Assembly (NCBI GenBank): GCA_038062915.1
Contig: JBBTWD010000002.1
Span: 5,189 to 69,188, forward strand
DNA from: Patescibacteria group bacterium
GTDB taxonomy: Bacteria; Patescibacteriota; Microgenomatia; UBA8517
DNA length: 64,000 bases
Direction: 5' to 3'
Shown here piece after piece: positions 1-8,462 of this stretch. The first letter of the stretch is position 1; the number at the start of each line of letters is the position of its first letter. The translations under genes were made by a program, and so were the position numbers. The notes beneath the pieces were generated by a model that saw nothing but the letters and a program-made list of their open reading frames with translations, was not told the origin of the DNA and ran no database searches.

Positions 1-1577
1 TGTGGCTCACGAAGAGTGACAAGCATTACAAATTTAGGTTTGTCATATGGTGCAAATCCAATAAAACTTGCGTTTGTTTTTTCATCGTCATAATGGCCTG
101 CAATTGGAATTTGTGCAGTACCTGTTTTACCTGCCACTTTAAAACCTCTTAAATTTGTCCATTTAGCTTCTCCATTTTTCGCGGCTTGTGCCATCATTGC
201 CGTAATTTCGTCAGCAGATTCAGCGCTTATCACTCTCACATTCTCCTCTTTTTGTGTAGTTGTGACGATTCTAGGTGTGGTCAAAATCCCGTCATTGGCA
301 ATAGCGCTAACCGCTCTAACGATTTGGATTGGGGTAGTTGCGACACCTTGTCCAAACGATGCGGTAGCTAGATCAACAATGTTCCATGTTCCCTTTTTTC
401 GCAGTCCGGGCGAAGCCTCACCTTGTAAATCAATTCCAGTGGGCTTGCCTATGCCAAATTTGTCTAAATAATCATATAAAACATCTGCCCCCAACTTTTG
501 ACCTACAAATGTCATACCGACATTGTCAGAATGAACGATGACGTCGGTCATCTCAGAATCAGGAAAATATTTTCTATCCCAAGTTTCTATTGAGTATTTA
601 TCTACTTTTACTGGCCCATCACAAATGTCACATTTAGAGTCAGGCTCTATAACACCAGCATCAAGTGCCGAGGACATTACAATAACTTTGAATATACTTC
701 CAGGTTCAAATGAATCTGAAATTGCGGGATTTTTAAAAAATAAGTCACCATATTCCCAATACTGACCCGGGTCATATGAAGGATAGGACTCCATTCCCAA
801 AATTGCTCCGCTGGCAGGATCCATAACAATAATACTACCCCCCTTAGCTCCATATTTTTCCATGCCTTCTTTTAATTTGTTATATAGCGTAATTTGTATT
901 CTCTTATCCAAACTTGTTACAAGTTCAGTACCTGAAACAACCTCGGTTTGCCTGGCGTTGCCAAGTAGAATCGGGGAACCAGCCGCTCCAGTTTCCCTTC
1001 CTAAAAATCCACTTTTTCCCGACAATGGTAAATCGTAATATCCCTCTAAACCAAAATAACCTACATTCTCACCTTCAATATTTTTTCCTACAAACCCCAA
1101 GAGTTGCCCGGCCACAGAAGCTTCTGGGTAAAATCTAGATTCCATGGACTCAAAACTAATTCCAACTAGACCCATAGCTTCAATGTTTCTTTTTTCATCT
1201 AAGGTTAACTTTTCTTTAAGCGAAACCCATACTAAATCTTTTTTTTCCAAAAGTTCAACAATCCTATCTTTTTCGACTGGGTCATCACTTAACACTCGAG
1301 CAATTTTAGATGGATCATCTTTGATCTTTGTGGGATTTGCTATTACTCGCCAAACTTCGGACCTTATAGCCCAAAAGCTTCCGTCTGGAGCCATAATTTG
1401 CCCCCTAGGGGCTTTTAAAATCTGAGTAGACCTATATTGAGATTTTGCCTGCATGCCCAATTCTTCGCCCTTAATAATTTGCCAATATGAAAGCCTCACA
1501 ATTAACCCAAAAAAAAGAATCAAAAAGACAACGGAGAGTACCTTAATTTTATCTAGCTGCCACTCCCTCATTTTCAT
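1..1577 (-). CDS. ftsI: Class B penicillin-binding protein FtsI/PBP3 (3' end runs off the window start)
   Basis: Not in the ORF track; translated by hand in segments. N-terminus MKMREWQLDKIKVLSVVFLILFFGLIVRLSYWQ...APRGQI; transpeptidase motifs FEPGSIFK (SxxK), HSDNVG (SxN) and VAGKTGTAQ (KTG); lies downstream of mraZ-rsmH-ftsL. Confidence 0.93.
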   Translation of the reverse strand, partial: MKMREWQLDKIKVLSVVFLILFFGLIVRLSYWQIIKGEELGMQAKSQYRSTQILKAPRGQIMAPDGSFWAIRSEVWRVIANPTKIKDDPSKIARVLSDDPVEKDRIVELLEKKDLVWVSLKEKLTLDEKRNIEAMGLVGISFESMESRFYPEASVAGQLLGFVGKNIEGENVGYFGLEGYYDLPLSGKSGFLGRETGAAGSPILLGNARQTEVVSGTELVTSLDKRIQITLYNKLKEGMEKYGAKGGSIIVMDPASGAILGMESYPSYDPGQYWEYGDLFFKNPAISDSFEPGSIFKVIVMSSALDAGVIEPDSKCDICDGPVKVDKYSIETWDRKYFPDSEMTDVIVHSDNVGMTFVGQKLGADVLYDYLDKFGIGKPTGIDLQGEASPGLRKKGTWNIVDLATASFGQGVATTPIQIVRAVSAIANDGILTTPRIVTTTQKEENVRVISAESADEITAMMAQAAKNGEAKWTNLRGFKVAGKTGTAQIPIAGHYDDEKTNASFIGFAPYDKPKFVMLVTLREP

Positions 1578-1821
1578 TTATATAAACAATCTCTGTAGCT
1601 GAAGTAAAACCCAGTTCTTTACTTTTTTCTTCAAGATTCGACATCGAAATTCCACGAACAATTGACTCTCTTAACTCTCCCTGTTTAGCCATTAACATCC
1701 CTTCTTCAAGGTTTAATTTTGATATCTGACTCCCCGTAGCCACAGCCTCGATCGTCAAAAATACCGAAGTTGCGGCAAATACGGCAAAAACTACTATTAA
1801 AATGTATTTAAATTTTTTCAT
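1549..1821 (-). CDS. ftsL: Small bitopic membrane protein with coiled coil, FtsL-like
   Basis: 90 aa with an N-terminal TM helix, heptad region and SKELGF tail; occupies the canonical ftsL position between rsmH and ftsI. Confidence 0.6.
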   Translation of the reverse strand: MKKFKYILIVVFAVFAATSVFLTIEAVATGSQISKLNLEEGMLMAKQGELRESIVRGISMSNLEEKSKELGFTSATEIVYINENEGVAAR

Positions 1822-2635
1822 ATATTCTTAATTTTGCGCTCCTGGCCCTGGGATTGCGCCTAATTTCACCTGCTCCAGGCAATATAAGCCTATTTTTAGC
1901 AAATTCCTTGGCTATCCTATCCTCACCCGAATGGAAACTTATGACAATTAACTTTCCACCAGGTTTTAAAAGTTCAAAAGCCTTTGGTAAAACATCCCTT
2001 AAATTATCAAGCTCGCTATTAACTGCAATTCTAACTGCTAAAAAAGGTAATGTAGCAGGATTTAAACTTGACTTCGATTTTAATTCTCGACAAATTTTTA
2101 AAAGACCCCCTATGGTTGTTGGTTTCTCTAAAAATATTCTTCTGGCCAGCCATCTTGCATTGCCCATTTCCATTGTCGTTTCAAATAAGCTAATTAACTG
2201 ATCTTCTCTAAGGCCGTTAAGTAAATCGGCGGCTGTTACCCCCTGAACTTCGGGGTTGAGCCTCATATCCAAACCAGATTCGAGATTTGAGCTGCCGAAA
2301 GAGAAACCTCGATCGTCACCTGTCAAATGCAAATTTGTAACTCCCAAGTCAAAAAGTATCCCGGAAACTTTATTAAAATCATTTTCTTTGGCGATTTTAT
2401 CTATACCAATAAAGTTCCCTAAAATAAAATTGCCTCCAGGTACTCTTTTTTTTGCAATCGCCAACATCTTAGGATCTGCTTCAATCCCTAAAACTTCACC
2501 ACCAGCTTTAATAATTTCTAATGAATGGCCTCCAGTCCCTAGTGTTGCGTCTATATATTGCGAGCTTTTATTAATGTGCAAATTCTCTAAAACTTCTCGA
2601 ACCATTACTGATTCGTGGTATTTGTCATTTATCAT
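1808..2635 (-). CDS. rsmH: 16S rRNA m4C1402 methyltransferase RsmH (MraW)
   Basis: Motifs HESVMVREV, IDATLGTGGHS, LFDLGV, RGFSF, LDMR, ISFHSGEDR, NPRARSAKLR. Confidence 0.97.
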   Translation of the reverse strand: MINDKYHESVMVREVLENLHINKSSQYIDATLGTGGHSLEIIKAGGEVLGIEADPKMLAIAKKRVPGGNFILGNFIGIDKIAKENDFNKVSGILFDLGVTNLHLTGDDRGFSFGSSNLESGLDMRLNPEVQGVTAADLLNGLREDQLISLFETTMEMGNARWLARRIFLEKPTTIGGLLKICRELKSKSSLNPATLPFLAVRIAVNSELDNLRDVLPKAFELLKPGGKLIVISFHSGEDRIAKEFAKNRLILPGAGEIRRNPRARSAKLRIYEKI

Positions 2636-3059
2636 TCTTTGACAATTCTTCTATATATCCTGGCGCTTCTTTTATAATTAATTTCTCTCTTTCTTCCCAA
2701 ACCTGACTATTCCAAATTTCTACTCTGTCTCCTACACCTAAAAAATATATATCTTCACCTAAATGACCGTATAAAACTAAATTTTCAGGTATAACTATTC
2801 GTCCTTGATCATCAGGAATTACTTCGTAGGCTGAACTAAAAATAAAATGTTCAGACCCTCTGACAGGATTAGTTATCAAGTTCGTTCTTCCTGTAATTCT
2901 TGTTAAAAGTGCGTTTAGTAAACTTTTAGCTACTAATACTAAACATTCCTCGTACCATTTGGCGACAATAATTGCTTCCCCTAATTCGTGACGAAGTGGA
3001 GCAGGAATAGAAGTTCTGTGATTGACTGCAAGCTTTGCCGGATATGTTCCTAAAAGCAT
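2625..3059 (-). CDS. mraZ: Division/cell-wall cluster transcriptional repressor MraZ
   Basis: MLLGTY start (ATG 3059 preferred over 3095); DDQGRIVIP and GVGDRVEIWN motifs; first gene of the dcw cluster. Confidence 0.95.
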   Translation of the reverse strand: MLLGTYPAKLAVNHRTSIPAPLRHELGEAIIVAKWYEECLVLVAKSLLNALLTRITGRTNLITNPVRGSEHFIFSSAYEVIPDDQGRIVIPENLVLYGHLGEDIYFLGVGDRVEIWNSQVWEEREKLIIKEAPGYIEELSKNDK

Positions 3060-3091
3060 ATAAATTACTAGTGGAGCCGGGCAGGCTCTCT

Positions 3092-3142
3092 CCATTTCTC
3101 ACCATTACTAACCATTATTCATCTTCTTTCACGAACTGTCAA
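3092..3142 (-). promoter_or_regulatory. sigma70-type mraZ promoter with three 10-bp-periodic MraZ-type boxes
   Basis: Minus strand TTGACA (3137-3142), 17 nt, AATAAT (3114-3119); AATGG repeats at 3112-3116, 3102-3106 and 3092-3096. Confidence 0.75.
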
Positions 3143-3182
3143 CCCCAATTTTCACCGAACAAAATATATCATCCGAGGCTAT

Positions 3183-3704
3183 TTATTTTGAAGAGAAAGT
3201 TTTGGTACCGTCGGCAAATGTGTCCATTGTAACCTCAAAGGCACCTTTTTTAGGAGAAGTCAAGGTAAACTGTGTCGAAAGTTTGCCGATTAATTTACCC
3301 TTACTATCCCTAAATCTAATTGTGATTGTTCCTCCAGTTACCCCTTCATCATATCTAAATTTACCTGATGATTCTGAACCCAATAGTAAATCTCGGGTAA
3401 CATCATTCCCATCTAATTTAACCGTCCCAGGAACACCTTGTGTTCTACCATCAGGCAGAGAATATAGAAGTTCATAATCGAGCGAAGTGGCTCCAGAAAC
3501 TTTGATTTTTTCGATCATAAGTTTTAACCAATGACCATCGGAGGTAGGGATCAACGATACTAGTGGTCTCTCACCTACGGGGATCTCTTTTACAGTTTCT
3601 TCTTCCTCTTCCCCATTATTACGGGAGTTTTTAACAAAAACAAAAGCACCAACAACTACAAAAAGCCCAACCCCAAGAAGTATTAATGGCAGATACTTTT
3701 TCAT
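3183..3704 (-). CDS. Hypothetical protein with N-terminal membrane anchor
   Basis: 173 aa; TM helix, acidic run, then a beta-rich domain (YELLY, QGVPG, LLLGSESSGKFRYDEGV); co-oriented between glyQS and mraZ. Confidence 0.75.
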   Translation of the reverse strand: MKKYLPLILLGVGLFVVVGAFVFVKNSRNNGEEEEETVKEIPVGERPLVSLIPTSDGHWLKLMIEKIKVSGATSLDYELLYSLPDGRTQGVPGTVKLDGNDVTRDLLLGSESSGKFRYDEGVTGGTITIRFRDSKGKLIGKLSTQFTLTSPKKGAFEVTMDTFADGTKTFSSK

Positions 3705-3717
3705 TTATCTAGTTTAT

Positions 3718-4980
3718 TTATATCCCAATTTTATTGTGAAAGTAATCAGAAAGTTTGTCAATGGCGATTCTTTCTTGTTTAGCGGTATCTCGGTCGCGGA
3801 CGGTTACAGAATCGTCATCAAGTGTTTGAAAATCAACGGTGACACACCATGGTGTTCCTATCTCGTCCTGCGCAAAATAACGTTTGCCAATATTTCCTCT
3901 ATCATCCCAAGCTACTGACAAAAATCGAGATTTGAGTAAGAGATAGAGATCACGTGCCTTCGAAACTAATTCTAATTTGTTAGATAGAAGTGGAAAAATG
4001 GCAACTTTATAGGGGGCTAATTTGGGATTAAGTTTAAGATAAACCCTTTTTTCGTCCTCATGGTAAGCATTGATTAGGAAAAACAAAGTGGCACGGTCAA
4101 CACCACCCGAAGTCTCTATTACCCAAGGAGTGTATTCTTCATTAGTTAGTTCATCTTTATATGTTAGATTATGATTTTTAAGATCAAATTCTCCCCTATG
4201 GTGTATTCCTTCAAATTCGCTCCAACCAAAAGGGGCATCGTATTCGATGTCTGTGGCATATTTGGCATAGTGTGCCCTTTTTTCTGGTTCGTGGTCTTTA
4301 AATCTTAATTTATTTTTATCCATTCCCAAACTTTCGTACCATTTAACTCTTTTATCCTTCCAATATTCAAAAGTTTCTTTTGAACCTTGATCATCAGGCT
4401 TCATAAAATACTCAAGTTCCATCTGTTCGAATTCGCGTGATCTAAAAGTTAGGTTCCCTGGTGTAATTTCATTTCTAAAAGCTTTACCAATCTGGGCAAT
4501 TCCAAATGGGATTTTAATTCTTGTAGAATCTGTAATATTTTTAAAATTAACAAATACACCTTGAGTTATTTCTCCTCGTAAGTAAGATTTTTCTTTCGGT
4601 TCCGTAGTTCCTAAAAAAACCTCTGTCATCAAATTAAAAGTTTTTTCTTTCGTCCATGAATCATGCTCATGAGAAGCTTTTTGATCGTCTCTAAACCGTT
4701 TGTGGCAAATCTTGCATTCAATCAGTGGGTCACTAAGGGCTTTAAGATGCCCAGACTTTTCCCAAACTTGAGGGTTCATAATAATTGCAGCATCAAGCCC
4801 CACAACGTCTTCGCGGGAGTAAACTATACTTTTCCACCACTCACGCTTTATGTTATTTTTGAGTTCAACCCCAAGTGGTCCATAATCCCAAAAACCTTGA
4901 TAACCACCATATATTTCGCTTCCTTGAAAAATAAATCCCCGTCTTTTAACCAAACTCGCAATCTTCTCCATAATGTCCAT
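3718..4980 (-). CDS. glyQS: Glycine--tRNA ligase (alpha2, eukaryote/archaea-like type)
   Basis: KRRGFIFQGSEIYGG, WDYGPLG, GIAQIGKAFRNEITP, FRSREFEQME, IETSGGVDR; anticodon-binding domain IGKRY..QDEIGTP. Confidence 0.97.
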   Translation of the reverse strand: MDIMEKIASLVKRRGFIFQGSEIYGGYQGFWDYGPLGVELKNNIKREWWKSIVYSREDVVGLDAAIIMNPQVWEKSGHLKALSDPLIECKICHKRFRDDQKASHEHDSWTKEKTFNLMTEVFLGTTEPKEKSYLRGEITQGVFVNFKNITDSTRIKIPFGIAQIGKAFRNEITPGNLTFRSREFEQMELEYFMKPDDQGSKETFEYWKDKRVKWYESLGMDKNKLRFKDHEPEKRAHYAKYATDIEYDAPFGWSEFEGIHHRGEFDLKNHNLTYKDELTNEEYTPWVIETSGGVDRATLFFLINAYHEDEKRVYLKLNPKLAPYKVAIFPLLSNKLELVSKARDLYLLLKSRFLSVAWDDRGNIGKRYFAQDEIGTPWCVTVDFQTLDDDSVTVRDRDTAKQERIAIDKLSDYFHNKIGI

Positions 4981-5016
4981 GCCTTGATTATAACCTTGTG
5001 TATAATGATTATCTAG

Positions 5017-6033
5017 ATGTTTAACAAATACAAATTTGTCATTATATCCATCCTAGTGTTTTTAATTGGATTTTTCGGGAGCTATTTTGTTCTTTCATTA
5101 ACTCAAAAACCAAAGACGATAGACAAAACAATAACCGCTAGTGGAACAGATGAAGATATCCAAGCTCCTTTTGAGCCCATTAACAACCTGGAGTCATACA
5201 ATCTGGCACTACTTGGTTCTGGTGGTGAGGGACACTCTGGAGGAACTTTGACTGACAGTATTATCGTCGTAAGTATTAACTCTAAAAATAATATAGTCAG
5301 CCTCATTTCCATCCCTCGGGATCTATGGGTTCCTGGTAACCGTAAAATTAATGCCGAGATATCAGCTAACGGTTTCGGAGGATTAAAAAGCACGCTCCAG
5401 GGAATAACAGGGCTTGAAGTGCAAAATTATATTTCAGTAGACTTCACAGGACTAACTAGAATCATTGATGACTTGAGAGGAATAGAAGTTAATATTCCCA
5501 AAACTTTTGATGATTATTTTTATCCTGTCAAAGGTCGTGAAAATGAAACTTGTGGAATGTCTAATGAAAAGATTGCCGAGTTTCATCAGAAATATTCTGG
5601 TTTTGAATTAGAAAAGCAATTTACTTGCAGATATGAGACTATCCATTTTGAAAAAGGATTAACCAAAATTACAGGGGAAGAAGCGCTAAAGCTTGCCAGG
5701 TCCAGACACGGAGATAGCGATTTTGGCAGAAGTGCCCGTCAATTTGCAATTCTAAAAGGGGTGTTGGGTAAATTAATTTCGACAGACGCTCTAAACAATA
5801 TCGACGATATTTATAAATCTATGGGAAAAATTGTAAAAACCGACATTGATCTAAAAACAACAAAAGACCTTGTTAAAACGTTTGGGGACCCAAATTCCTA
5901 CAAAATAACAGAAATTCAACTTTCCACAACTAATGTATTAAATGAAGGAAAAAGCTCTGCTGGTGCATATATACTTTTCCCCAAAGCTGGAAATTTTAAT
6001 TTTTCGGAAATTAAAAGTTACTTAGCAAAATAA
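5017..6033 (+). CDS. LCP (LytR-CpsA-Psr) family glycopolymer transferase
   Basis: N-terminal TM; LLGS, TDSIIVV, LISIPRDLWV, KINA, ARSRH..SDFGRSARQ. Confidence 0.92.
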   Translation: MFNKYKFVIISILVFLIGFFGSYFVLSLTQKPKTIDKTITASGTDEDIQAPFEPINNLESYNLALLGSGGEGHSGGTLTDSIIVVSINSKNNIVSLISIPRDLWVPGNRKINAEISANGFGGLKSTLQGITGLEVQNYISVDFTGLTRIIDDLRGIEVNIPKTFDDYFYPVKGRENETCGMSNEKIAEFHQKYSGFELEKQFTCRYETIHFEKGLTKITGEEALKLARSRHGDSDFGRSARQFAILKGVLGKLISTDALNNIDDIYKSMGKIVKTDIDLKTTKDLVKTFGDPNSYKITEIQLSTTNVLNEGKSSAGAYILFPKAGNFNFSEIKSYLAK

Positions 6034-6064
6034 AGGAAACATATTGTACTGTTCTGGTGTTAAA

Positions 6065-6646
6065 TTAGAAAAGGCTTGCTTGTTTTTCATCTTCTTTTTT
6101 GGGATAGTTAAAATCTACTTTTACTTCATGCGTCTCATTCCAAAAATCAATATATTTTAAATATCCGTTTTTCATTCCAAAGTCGTAGATATCTTTTGTA
6201 ATAGCTACATCCATTTCACAATATTTTTTAAGCTTAGCTAGACTTTCGCTGTCTCCCTTATTCCAATACTTAATAGCATTCTCACCACTATCATTTTTGG
6301 TTAAATTAAGAGTGGCCCTAGCAAGAGCATCAAGTGAAACTCTTTTACCCAAGTATTCCTTAATTTTAGCTAAAATATCAAAATGTGGAAGTTTGGACCA
6401 ATGACTAGGTAAATAGAGAGAAAGTGCTGGAACATCAAAGGTAATTGAGTTAAAACCGATAATCCTATCTGCTTTTTCAAAAATCTTGAACATTTCAGGA
6501 AAATCTTTTTCCCAAAAGCTCATCATTTTACCTTCAACATAAAGTGAGACTATTGATACACCCAAGTCAGCTGGGTCGCTCCCCGCAATCTCATCAAAAA
6601 ACTTCTTCGTCTCACAATCAAAAACAACTTCAATTTTTGTATTCAT
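6065..6646 (-). CDS. Standalone RNase H-like DEDD 3'-5' exonuclease (YprB/MrfB-like)
   Basis: ExoI VFDCET, ExoII GFNSITFD, ExoIII YCEMDV; C-terminal QASLF. Confidence 0.85.
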   Translation of the reverse strand: MNTKIEVVFDCETKKFFDEIAGSDPADLGVSIVSLYVEGKMMSFWEKDFPEMFKIFEKADRIIGFNSITFDVPALSLYLPSHWSKLPHFDILAKIKEYLGKRVSLDALARATLNLTKNDSGENAIKYWNKGDSESLAKLKKYCEMDVAITKDIYDFGMKNGYLKYIDFWNETHEVKVDFNYPKKEDEKQASLF

Positions 6647-7089
6647 GAAATTAGTTTTCTCTTGAAATTTTCTCCAGTAATAATTTTCTTTCCTGTTCTT
6701 TTTTCAAGCGCCAATCGCGCATTTTTTGCAATCCTACCACCTTTTTTGGCCGGAATCTTATTCTCTTTTAATCCCTTCGCTTGTTCTGTTTCCGCAATTT
6801 GTCTAATTGATTGTATAATTCTAAAAAGAGTTTCTGTGTCTGCTGTATCTGTTAAATACCTTTTTCCGTCTTGAGAAACCATTTTCAGTTGTACGATTTT
6901 TTCGTACAACTTACTTCCATCTTGTTTTAACTTCAGCTTTAAATCGGTCCAATATCTTCTTGGTATTGTGCTCCCTGTCAACACTTCAATAATATCAATC
7001 ACTGAGAAATACCATTTCTCTTTTTTATCGTCCCATAATCTCCGGACAGTTTTACCCTGAAATGAAATGATTTTATCTTCCATAACCAT
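6643..7089 (-). CDS. Bro-N (phage antirepressor-like) DNA-binding protein with an internal in-frame deletion; possibly a pseudogene
   Basis: VRRLWD..EKWYFSVIDIIEVLT..RRYWTDLK..QLKM.S.DGKRYLTD.ADTETLFRIIQSI is joined directly to the family C-terminal tail (AKKGGRIAKNARLALEK); likely start ATG 7089 or 7083. Confidence 0.8.
   Translation of the reverse strand: MVMEDKIISFQGKTVRRLWDDKKEKWYFSVIDIIEVLTGSTIPRRYWTDLKLKLKQDGSKLYEKIVQLKMVSQDGKRYLTDTADTETLFRIIQSIRQIAETEQAKGLKENKIPAKKGGRIAKNARLALEKRTGKKIITGENFKRKLIS
6887..6911. repeat. Perfect 10-bp inverted repeat with 5-nt spacer inside the Bro-N gene
   Basis: AGTTGTACGA-TTTTT-TCGTACAACT. Confidence 0.9.
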
Positions 7090-7166
7090 TATGGATATAT
7101 TGTATCTGAAGTTGATAACGGTGTTAAGCAACTCTATTTTACCAAAAAAACTTCAAACATATCAAT

Positions 7167-7910
7167 TTAACCTTCTGGAAGAATAAATGAAAGACTGTAC
7201 ATTACAAAAACTCCAGCAATTACAAGTAGGGCTTTTATGAATGTTCTTTTTTTAGTATCGTTTTCACCTATTTCTGGTAAAAAATCAGATGCCCCTAGAT
7301 ACAAAAATACTCCTGCAGCAACTGCCAATACAATTGCTAAAGTGTCGCTATTTATATCGGGAACCAAAAAGTAAACTAAAAAGGCGCCGGGTATTGTTGC
7401 CAGTGCCGAAAAAAAATTCGCAAAAAATGCCTTTTTAGTGGACCAACCCCTGGATATCAAAACTCCAAAGTCCCCGATTTCGTGTGGAGTTTCATGTAAA
7501 AAAGTGGAAAGGGCAACGACAAGGCCTAGATTAGGGTTTGCTACAAATGCCGCCCCAATTGCGATTCCATCAATCAAATTGTGAATTGTGTCTCCAAAAA
7601 GAACCAAAGGAATTGAAGATTTTTTCTCTCCTCCATCGTGACCTTCATGGTGATGCATTAAAGCAAAATATTTTTCAAAAAGAAATGATGCCAAAAAAGC
7701 TATTAAAATGTAAAAAAATCCTGTCTCTCCAAGTATTTCGGTTGTTTCAGGCATCAAATGAAGCATCGAGACAGAAAGAAGTACCCCAGCAGCAAATGGG
7801 ATTGCATAGATAGAAAGTGTTTTAGCCCAAGATTCTTTAAAAAGAAAAACTACTCCACCAATAAGTCCAGCTACGCTACCCAGAATAGTCAAACCCAAAA
7901 GCATTAACAT
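7167..7910 (-). CDS. ZIP family divalent metal (Zn) transporter
   Basis: FAAGVLL, His-rich loop HHHEGH, GDTIHNLIDG, LHETPHEIGDFG. Confidence 0.93.
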   Translation of the reverse strand: MLMLLGLTILGSVAGLIGGVVFLFKESWAKTLSIYAIPFAAGVLLSVSMLHLMPETTEILGETGFFYILIAFLASFLFEKYFALMHHHEGHDGGEKKSSIPLVLFGDTIHNLIDGIAIGAAFVANPNLGLVVALSTFLHETPHEIGDFGVLISRGWSTKKAFFANFFSALATIPGAFLVYFLVPDINSDTLAIVLAVAAGVFLYLGASDFLPEIGENDTKKRTFIKALLVIAGVFVMYSLSFILPEG

Positions 7911-7913
7911 AAA

Positions 7914-8462
7914 TTATTCTAACATTGATTTACCTACTCGGATACTCGAAAGTTGTCTTTCGATTACCTCTTCTAATTTTTCATCGTGATTAGATAAAAC
8001 ATTTCCTTTTGGCCAATAACCCAAGATAGTTAGAAGTCTTAAAACAAAATCTAATCGAAGCGCTTTTAACTCAACAGTGGATTTAAGTTTTCCAAGATTT
8101 TCAATAATTAAATTGTAAACTTCTAGATTGACTTCGTTGCCATGAGTAATTTTTCCGATTACTTCGCAAAAATAATAAGCGAGGGAAACTTTCTTTAAAT
8201 TATTCCGAATTTCTTTAAAGTCATCAATAACATCAGCTTCGGTCATTAAATCTAGACCATGGCCACTAACAGCTTGATAGTTAACTAAATTAAATATTTC
8301 AATATGCCCCCTTTTATGACTTTTGGGGCGTCTCACACCCTTTGCTATTAATGAGGTTTTACCATGATTTTTTGAATAAATAACTAAAATTCTATCTGCT
8401 TCTCCAAAATTCCGTCTAGCTAAAACAACACCGATATCAGAATAAGAATGTGGTTTCGTCAA
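7914..8462 (-). CDS. recO: DNA repair protein RecO (short form lacking a Zn finger)
   Basis: GVVLARRNFGEADRIL, HGKTSLIAKGVRRPKS. Confidence 0.92.
   Translation of the reverse strand: MTKPHSYSDIGVVLARRNFGEADRILVIYSKNHGKTSLIAKGVRRPKSHKRGHIEIFNLVNYQAVSGHGLDLMTEADVIDDFKEIRNNLKKVSLAYYFCEVIGKITHGNEVNLEVYNLIIENLGKLKSTVELKALRLDFVLRLLTILGYWPKGNVLSNHDEKLEEVIERQLSSIRVGKSMLE

Noticed and set aside
186-1425. Short plus-strand ORFs in the track (61-93 aa)
   Set aside because: They are antisense shadows of ftsI, which the track missed because it runs off the window edge.
6643-7089. Prophage, suggested by the Bro-N antirepressor-like gene
   Set aside because: It is flanked by housekeeping genes, with no integrase, structural or replication phage genes.
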